Shown here: one piece after another, positions 26,584 to 32,000 of the stretch
Layout of the letters: every line of letters starts with the position of its first letter
Numbering within the stretch: position 1 is the first letter of the stretch
Origin: Candidatus Nitrospira inopinata
Lineage (GTDB): Bacteria; Nitrospirota; Nitrospiria; Nitrospirales; Nitrospiraceae
Reading direction: 5' to 3'
NCBI RefSeq assembly: GCF_001458695.1
Contig: NZ_LN885086.1
Coordinates: 840,001 to 872,000, forward strand
DNA length: 32,000 nucleotides
Translations under genes and position numbers: made by a program
The notes under the pieces: generated by a model
Told to the model about the DNA's origin: nothing
What the model saw: the letters and a program-made list of their open reading frames with translations, nothing else
The model's database searches: none

Positions 26584-28032
26584 CTACTTGCCGATGCAAA
26601 ACGTTGAAAAAATTCGATTCAAAATCTCGTCCGACGTAATCGCCCCCGTGATCTCCCCAAGGGCATCGGACGCCCCGCGCAAATCAACCGCGACGAACTC
26701 CGCATCCCTCCCGCTCCGAATGGAGTCCAGCGCCTCCTCAAGCGACACTCGCGCCCGCTCCAGAGCGTGACGATGACGAGCGTTGATGAAGACGACTCCT
26801 TCTTTCGGCTCCAGCACCCCTTGCGTAAGCTCCTCACGGATCGCCTGTCTCAGATCATCGATGCCCATCCCCGTTCGGACCGACGTGACGACGGCCCTCG
26901 CCCCAGAGCGCCGCGCCATCATACCGGCCGCTTTGGCCGCGACACCGCCCTCCGCCAGGTCACTCTTATTCAGCACCAGCAGCAACCGCTGATGCGTCTC
27001 GATCGGCAGAGGCGGGCACCCTCCCGGCCAATTCTCTCCCGCGCTCGCATCCAGGACATAGAGGACAAGATCGCTCTGTTCGACGGCTGACCTTGTTCGT
27101 TTGATCCCCTCTTGTTCAACGACATCGTCTGTCTCGCGAACACCGGCCGTGTCAATCAAGGTCACCACGACACCGTCCCAGACGACCGATTCTTCTATCA
27201 CATCACGAGTCGTCCCGGGGACATCCGTGACGATCGCCCGAGCTTCTCCCAACAGCACATTGAGCAAGCTGGATTTGCCCACGTTCGGCGGCCCGACAAT
27301 CGTCACCCTCGCCCCCTCGCGCAGCCGACGGCCCAATGCAGCACAGGCCAGAATACGCTCGACATCCGCCAGCGTCTCCTCCAACGAGCTCACCAATTGA
27401 TCGCGCTGGATGAACGAAATATCCTCCTCGCCGAAATCAATGCCCGCCTCAACCTCGCAGAGCAACGACAATAAGCGGCTTCGTAACTGATTCACCCGCA
27501 ACCCCAGTTCTCCGCGAAGATTGCGCTGCGCCATGCGAAGCGCCGCTTCAGACGTCGCCTGAATCGTCTCCAACACCGCCTCGGCCTGAGAAAGGTCCAA
27601 CCGACCATTCAGAAACGCCCGTTTGGTAAACTCCCCCGGCTCCGCAAGGCGAGCTCCCGATCGGACACAGGCCTCGCACACCAGCCGCAAGACCACCTGG
27701 CTTCCGTGGCAGTGGATCTCCACCACATCCTCTCCCGTGTAGGAATGCGGCGCTTTCATCCATACGACGAGCCCTTCATCGATGACTTCCGGTGCGTTCA
27801 ACTTCGCATCATGCTTGGGACCGTCGGAATGCCCCAACAGCGCTCCCGACATGAAATCCGCCACATGCAACCGGTGAGAGGAAAGGGATGCCGGCTCGCG
27901 CTTCGACCGCAGCCGCACGATTCGCGAAGCTACGGCCAGGGCATCCGGTCCGCTGATCCGCACAATGCCGATGCCGCCCTCACCGGCCGGGGTAGCGATT
28001 CCGCAAATAGTATCCTCTTTCGCTTTCTCCAT
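26584..28032 (-). CDS. mnmE: tRNA modification GTPase MnmE (TrmE)
   Basis: TICGIATPAGEGGIGIVRISG, G1 motif GPPNVGKSSLLN, DTAGVRE, and the C-terminal CIGK. I prefer ATG 28032 (MEKAKEDTI) within track ORF 26584..28074. Confidence 0.9.
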   Translation of the reverse strand: MEKAKEDTICGIATPAGEGGIGIVRISGPDALAVASRIVRLRSKREPASLSSHRLHVADFMSGALLGHSDGPKHDAKLNAPEVIDEGLVVWMKAPHSYTGEDVVEIHCHGSQVVLRLVCEACVRSGARLAEPGEFTKRAFLNGRLDLSQAEAVLETIQATSEAALRMAQRNLRGELGLRVNQLRSRLLSLLCEVEAGIDFGEEDISFIQRDQLVSSLEETLADVERILACAALGRRLREGARVTIVGPPNVGKSSLLNVLLGEARAIVTDVPGTTRDVIEESVVWDGVVVTLIDTAGVRETDDVVEQEGIKRTRSAVEQSDLVLYVLDASAGENWPGGCPPLPIETHQRLLLVLNKSDLAEGGVAAKAAGMMARRSGARAVVTSVRTGMGIDDLRQAIREELTQGVLEPKEGVVFINARHRHALERARVSLEEALDSIRSGRDAEFVAVDLRGASDALGEITGAITSDEILNRIFSTFCIGK

Positions 28033-28110
28033 GCCCCTCACACACCCTCTACCGCGTCGCTCCCGGCGCTCCACGCCGCACGACCTCGGCCAAGACGCAC
28101 TCGGAATGGG

Positions 28111-29799
28111 TCAAGACGATTTCTTCTCGGCCTCTTCACCCACAGCGGGCGCAGGCTGAGGTCGAGGGAAAAACAACCGCTCCGTCACGAGCTGTTGCAC
28201 GATATTCAACGTGTTGAGGGTCATCCAATACAAAACTAGCCCGGCGGGAAAATTCAGGAACAGAAACGTCATAAAGACCGGCAGCATGAGCATGACCTTG
28301 GCCTGCGTCGGATCCATGGTCGTGGGAGTAATCTTTTGCTGAATCACCATCGTGACGCCCATCACAATGGGAAACACGTAGTACGGATCTTGAACCGACA
28401 GATCGTCAATCCAGAGCGCAAACGGCGCCTGCCGCAGGTCGATCGCCACGTTCAGGATATTGAACAAGGCCACAAACACGGGCATTTGCAACAACATCGG
28501 CAAACAACCGCCGACCGGATTGACCTTGTTGTCGCGATAGACCTTGATGAGCTCTCGATTCAACCGATCCCGGTCGTCTTTGAATTTCTCCTGAAGAGCC
28601 TGGATTTTCGGCTGAATCTCCTGCATCTGCTTCATGGCCTTGTAGCTCTTGTACTGCAACGGGATAAAGACCACTTTGATCACGACGGTCAGGAGAATGA
28701 TCGTGACTCCATAGTTGTTGGTGTGTTCGTTGATGGCTCGCAACACGTAAAAGATCGGCTTGGCCACCGACTTCACCACGCTCCAGCTCCCGAAAATGAA
28801 CCATCCAAAGTCGATCGTATCTTCCAGGCCTATCTCAAGACCACGAAGCGCGTCATATTCCTTGGGTCCCGCATACAGGCGGAACCCCAGCGAATCCTCC
28901 CCTCCGGCGGGAAAGCGAACGGAACTCGAAACCAACTTCGCGTCCTCTTTCTTCACCCGAACCGTTCCGACCTTTTGAGGAATCACCACGCCCAAGAAGT
29001 ACTTGTCTTGCAGCCCGGCCCATTGAATCATGCCCTGTCGTTCGGCTTCGGAATCCGGCATGTTCACGTCCCGCTCACCGTCGACCATGGAAACGGGTCC
29101 AATGGCGCCGATGAACCCCTCTCCCCATTCCACGATTCCAAAATTGGTCCCAAGACCGACTTCCACGAAGTCTCCAAGGCCTCTGTGGCTCAATTCAATA
29201 TCAACCACGTAACTATCCGCGTGGAACGTCAGGCGCTTCTCCAGCCGAACTTCTCCGTCCGCGCTCTCGTAGGAAAAGACGAGGTGCCCCGTGGGGTTCG
29301 CCTGGTCAAGCGTCTTAAAATCCTGTTCAACCCGGTAGGTTCCCTCGTTCAGCTCCCGCGTCAACGTTGCGCCGTTCACCCCAATCGCCAGCGGATCCGC
29401 AAACTTGCCCCCTTGTCTCACCAGCTCTACGGGGGGCCGACTCGGCGCGCTGCCTCGATAACGTTTGAGTTCCCATCCCGTCAGCACCGCGCCACAGCTG
29501 TTGAATCGCGCCCGATACAGCCCGGTATCCACCTCCACCGTCTGAGGCTCTACACTCCCAGGACTCTGAGGCCTGCTCGTCGAGAGTGCGGACTTTTTTG
29601 ATTGGCCTTGCGCATCCCCCCCGACCAACGGGGCGCCGCCTTGCTGGGAATCGGCGACGGATTGCGGGGAGGACTCCGTTGAAGATTCTTCCGACGGAGG
29701 CGGAGGAGGCGGGATCAGGCCCAACTCGTTGAGGACGAATTCGTAGCCGAAAATGATCGCCAGAGACAATATCAGAAAAACAACGAGCCGCTTTTCCAT
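28111..29799 (-). CDS. yidC: Membrane protein insertase YidC
   Basis: An N-terminal TM helix, a large periplasmic domain, and the conserved C-terminal core (GVTIILLTVVIKVVFIPL, GGCLPMLLQMPVF, LVLYWMT). Confidence 0.95.
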   Translation of the reverse strand: MEKRLVVFLILSLAIIFGYEFVLNELGLIPPPPPPSEESSTESSPQSVADSQQGGAPLVGGDAQGQSKKSALSTSRPQSPGSVEPQTVEVDTGLYRARFNSCGAVLTGWELKRYRGSAPSRPPVELVRQGGKFADPLAIGVNGATLTRELNEGTYRVEQDFKTLDQANPTGHLVFSYESADGEVRLEKRLTFHADSYVVDIELSHRGLGDFVEVGLGTNFGIVEWGEGFIGAIGPVSMVDGERDVNMPDSEAERQGMIQWAGLQDKYFLGVVIPQKVGTVRVKKEDAKLVSSSVRFPAGGEDSLGFRLYAGPKEYDALRGLEIGLEDTIDFGWFIFGSWSVVKSVAKPIFYVLRAINEHTNNYGVTIILLTVVIKVVFIPLQYKSYKAMKQMQEIQPKIQALQEKFKDDRDRLNRELIKVYRDNKVNPVGGCLPMLLQMPVFVALFNILNVAIDLRQAPFALWIDDLSVQDPYYVFPIVMGVTMVIQQKITPTTMDPTQAKVMLMLPVFMTFLFLNFPAGLVLYWMTLNTLNIVQQLVTERLFFPRPQPAPAVGEEAEKKSS

Positions 29800-29864
29800 G
29801 TATCAAACAGACCGTCTATTTGTCGCCTGCTCCCGCTCCGCGCACAACGGCAAGGAACCGGACG

Positions 29865-30092
29865 TTACCTGACCGGATCTTCTCCTCCCGGATGTAATGG
29901 ATGACACTTGAGCAAACGAACGAGCACCAATCCCCCTCCGCGCAAGACCCCGTATCGAGCAATTGCGTCCAACGCATATTGCGAACAGGTGGGGTCGAAT
30001 CGACAGGCCGGCCCCAACCACGGAGAAACCACGTAACGATAGGCGCGAATGAGCCACAGACACAGTCTCCGCATACCCATCATCCTACGCAT
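29865..30092 (-). CDS. yidD: Membrane protein insertion efficiency factor YidD
   Basis: LIRAYRYVVSPWLGPACRFDPTCSQYALDAIARYGVLRGGGLVLVRLLKCHP. Candidate ATG starts at 30092, 30083, 30080 and 30074 all lie downstream of the rnpA stop. Confidence 0.85.
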   Translation of the reverse strand: MRRMMGMRRLCLWLIRAYRYVVSPWLGPACRFDPTCSQYALDAIARYGVLRGGGLVLVRLLKCHPLHPGGEDPVR

Positions 30093-30093
30093 C

Positions 30094-30486
30094 CTACGTT
30101 GACTTCGACCGAAGCACGTTCGCTCGCCGCAACGTTGTCCCCCATGCGACGGCCAACTCATGAAACGGCCGCGTCAACGCCTCGCGCTTTGGGAAAACAA
30201 GGATTGCCTGCCCGGAAACTAAATCATGATGGCACTGTCTGACCAACGCCCGAAACACGCGCTTGGCTCGATTCCGCCGAACCGCGTTTCCGAACCGGCG
30301 ACCGACGATAATCCCCACTCGAGCCGGCCCATCCCCCATCTTGTAAATCGACATGTTGAACAGTTCCGTCGAAACTCGTCGGCCATGGCGCTTGACCGCT
30401 TCAATCTCTCGACTCACCCGCAGGAAAATGCCCTCCGGCCTTTCCATCTTCAACTCGGCTCGCACCGAGAGTCTACGGCAAGACAC
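30094..30486 (-). CDS. rnpA: Ribonuclease P protein component RnpA
   Basis: The RNR motif context VGIIVGRRFGNAVRRNRAKRVFR is present. An alternative start is ATG 30447. Confidence 0.85.
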   Translation of the reverse strand: MSCRRLSVRAELKMERPEGIFLRVSREIEAVKRHGRRVSTELFNMSIYKMGDGPARVGIIVGRRFGNAVRRNRAKRVFRALVRQCHHDLVSGQAILVFPKREALTRPFHELAVAWGTTLRRANVLRSKST

Positions 30487-30605
30487 CGCCCAACATCGAC
30501 CCGGGGAAACGGCTCAAGGCAGGCAAGGGAGGGGGACCCGCTCGCACGGTGGCATAACGCGGTCGGCAAGCGCACCCGGACTTCTGTAGCGTCGCGACCG
30601 GCGCA

Positions 30606-30743
30606 TCACACCGTCAATCGGGCACGCCCTTTGGCCCGACGACGCGCCAGGACCCGCCGCCCGTTCTTCGTGCTCATGCGCTTTCGAAAACCGTGCTCGC
30701 GCTTTTTCTTGAGATTTGATGGTTGCCGAAATGTGAATGACAC
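30606..30743 (-). CDS. rpmH: 50S ribosomal protein L34
   Basis: 45 aa: (GTG)[50 protein letters not shown] lies 4 nt upstream of the GTG at 30743. The longer 77-aa track ORF is an upstream extension. Confidence 0.9.
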   Translation of the reverse strand: MSFTFRQPSNLKKKREHGFRKRMSTKNGRRVLARRRAKGRARLTV

Positions 30744-30810
30744 GCGCCCTCCCTTCGATTGCTGCTCTATCCTGAAGCTGCGTTGATTCTCTTGAGAAAT
30801 GGAAGGCTGC

Positions 30811-30839
30811 ATTATAGGAGGGCCCCTCACCCCTGTCAA
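30811..30839 (-). promoter_or_regulatory. Consensus sigma-70 promoter of rpmH
   Basis: The minus strand reads TTGACA (30839-30834), an exact 17-nt spacer, then TATAAT (30816-30811). This is about 65 nt upstream of the rpmH start. Confidence 0.6.
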
Positions 30840-31123
30840 TTCGCAGCGTTCCGCGCATTGATCGGCGGGAAGCCGACGACCTCGGCATTCTGAAGCAGGG
30901 GAAAGAGGCCCTCACGCCAAACGAGCCGAGAGCGATGCCAGATCGCCACAGGGACGAACCCCTCCCGCCTCACGTTCCCTTTCCTAACTTGGCAATCATG
31001 CTTCTCTATGTCATTATCTCGCTATAGCTTGACGGTGCCGCTTGGTACCGAGTTTGCTAGAACATTTGGGTGCGATAAAAAATCTGCGCGCACTCGTCAC
31101 TCTCTTTCATGATGGAGGTACCC

Positions 31124-31744
31124 GTGAAGCCTATGCGACAGACTGCGACGCTCTTTGTCCTGACCGCCCTCCTCACGGGAGGCTGCGCCAAGCCTCCCAC
31201 GGATAAAATCGAGGCGGCGGAACAGGCCGTCAAACAGGCTCGGGAACGCGGCGCCCACGTGTACGCTCCTGAAGAATACGCAAAGCTCGAAGGAAAACTC
31301 ACCGCCTTAAAGCAAGAAGCGGCCGAGCAAGAAAGCAAGTTTGCACCGTTCCAAGACTATGGAAAAGTCGAAGAGCTGGCCGTGTCAACCGCCAATGAGG
31401 CGACCGCTGTTTCGTCGGCGGCCTCTCAGAAAAAGGAAGAGGCCAAGACGGCGGCTCTTCAGGCTCAACAAGTCGCCCAAGAGGCCGTGTCGTCCACTCG
31501 CCAATTGATCGCGAAGGCACCGGTCGGAAAAGACCGGGCGGCCATCGAGTCAATCAAGAACGATATCGAGGCGCTGACAACTTCCCTGACACAGGTCCAA
31601 GCGTCGATCGACAAAGAGGACTATCAGGCCGCCCAAGCCCAAGCCAAGGCCATCGATGAAAAAAGCCGCGCCATCTCGGTTGAGATTCAAGATGCCATCG
31701 CCAAGGTCAAGCCAAGAAAAGGCTCTTCCTTCCACAAGCAGTGA
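31124..31744 (+). CDS. DUF4398-like coiled-coil lipoprotein
   Basis: Lipobox LLTGGC. The motif AEQAVKQARERGAHVYAPEEYAKLE is typical of DUF4398. The rest is Ala/Gln/Glu-rich and helical. GGAGG lies 5 nt upstream of GTG 31124, while the track ORF starts at ATG 31109. Confidence 0.7.
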   Translation: MKPMRQTATLFVLTALLTGGCAKPPTDKIEAAEQAVKQARERGAHVYAPEEYAKLEGKLTALKQEAAEQESKFAPFQDYGKVEELAVSTANEATAVSSAASQKKEEAKTAALQAQQVAQEAVSSTRQLIAKAPVGKDRAAIESIKNDIEALTTSLTQVQASIDKEDYQAAQAQAKAIDEKSRAISVEIQDAIAKVKPRKGSSFHKQ

Positions 31745-31745
31745 G

Positions 31746-32000
31746 GTGCCGGTGCTTTTCGGACGGCGCACGTGTGTTCACCCCAGGTACCTGGCGATAG
31801 GCTTCTGCGCCCTCCTGGCGACCGGATGCACGCCGGCCATTCCTCCCGACCTCATCGCCGACATTGACGCCGTTGATCACCAGTTGATCGAACTGGGAGC
31901 CCCCCGCACGGCGGCGAACGAGTATGCCTCCTTCGCCACCCAATGGGCCGCCCTCAAAATACGCGCACAGGCCTATGACGACCTCATCCTCTGGCCATGG
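31746..32000 (+). CDS. Second lipoprotein, partial (runs off the right edge), DUF4398-like
   Basis: The frame is open from GTG 31746 (or 31752) to the window end. Lipobox ALLATGC, then ...GAPRTAANEYASFATQWAALKIRAQAY. It is absent from the track because no stop lies in the window. Confidence 0.55.
   Translation, partial: MPVLFGRRTCVHPRYLAIGFCALLATGCTPAIPPDLIADIDAVDHQLIELGAPRTAANEYASFATQWAALKIRAQAYDDLILWPW

Noticed and set aside
28336-29601. 421-aa plus-strand ORF antisense to yidC. Similar long antisense ORFs occur at 19711-20853 (mnmA), 5147-6052 (DUF58), 12628-13629 (ybbP), 3229-3972 (transglutaminase) and 21245-22027 (bactofilin).
   Set aside because: Each overlaps a confidently identified gene on the other strand and has Arg/Pro/His-rich, low-information translations. 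These are typical high-GC shadow frames.
30514-30915. 133-aa minus-strand ORF, and the 77-aa extended version of rpmH (30606-30839)
   Set aside because: The 133-aa frame overlaps rpmH out of frame. The 77-aa version would start inside the rpmH promoter. The GTG at 30743 with an SD gives a canonical 45-aa L34.
30744-31108. Possible oriC next to rpmH
   Set aside because: I found no match close to the DnaA box TTATCCACA/TGTGGATAA; the best are 5-6 of 9. There is no AT-rich 13-mer-like cluster, and dnaA is absent.
1-32000. CRISPR arrays, IS elements or transposases, rRNA, prophage or recognisable defence systems
   Set aside because: I saw no spaced direct-repeat array, no transposase, integrase or Cas-like translations in any listed frame, and no rRNA-like sequence. 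This search was by eye only and is not exhaustive.

Overview
This window looks like a chromosomal segment from a Nitrospira-like nitrite oxidiser, inferred from NxrA. Hand-counted 60-nt lines give about 57-67% GC in typical coding DNA. The left edge holds the N-terminal 591 codons of a periplasmic-type nitrite oxidoreductase alpha subunit (nxrA, minus strand). It has no in-window stop, so it is missing from the ORF track. A 700-bp AT-rich upstream region follows, then tRNA-Gly(GCC). Next come: a MoxR ATPase / DUF58 / TgpA-like transglutaminase operon; a ChaN-family lipoprotein; a SWIM zinc-finger coiled-coil protein with a small membrane protein; the tesA <> ybbA-ybbP divergent unit; and a small poorly characterised patch. 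That patch contains an orphan 360-bp spacer, a 92-aa HEXXH mini-protein, a 127-aa acidic protein plus an EVE-domain protein, and a YkgJ-type Cys-cluster protein translationally coupled to thrH. The right 13.5 kb is one 15-gene co-directional minus-strand block: rpmH-rnpA-yidD-yidC-mnmE-mnmG-rsmG-parA-parB-bactofilin-bactofilin-mnmA-tatA-tatA/B-porin. Two parS palindromes bracket rsmG, which sits in a clear GC trough. dnaA is not next to rpmH; two DUF4398-like lipoprotein genes are there instead. I saw no CRISPR array, transposase, integrase or rRNA. I found no convincingly novel multi-gene system. The best leads are the parABS-bactofilin module, the parS-bracketed AT-rich rsmG, the nxrA regulatory region and the HEXXH / EVE patch.
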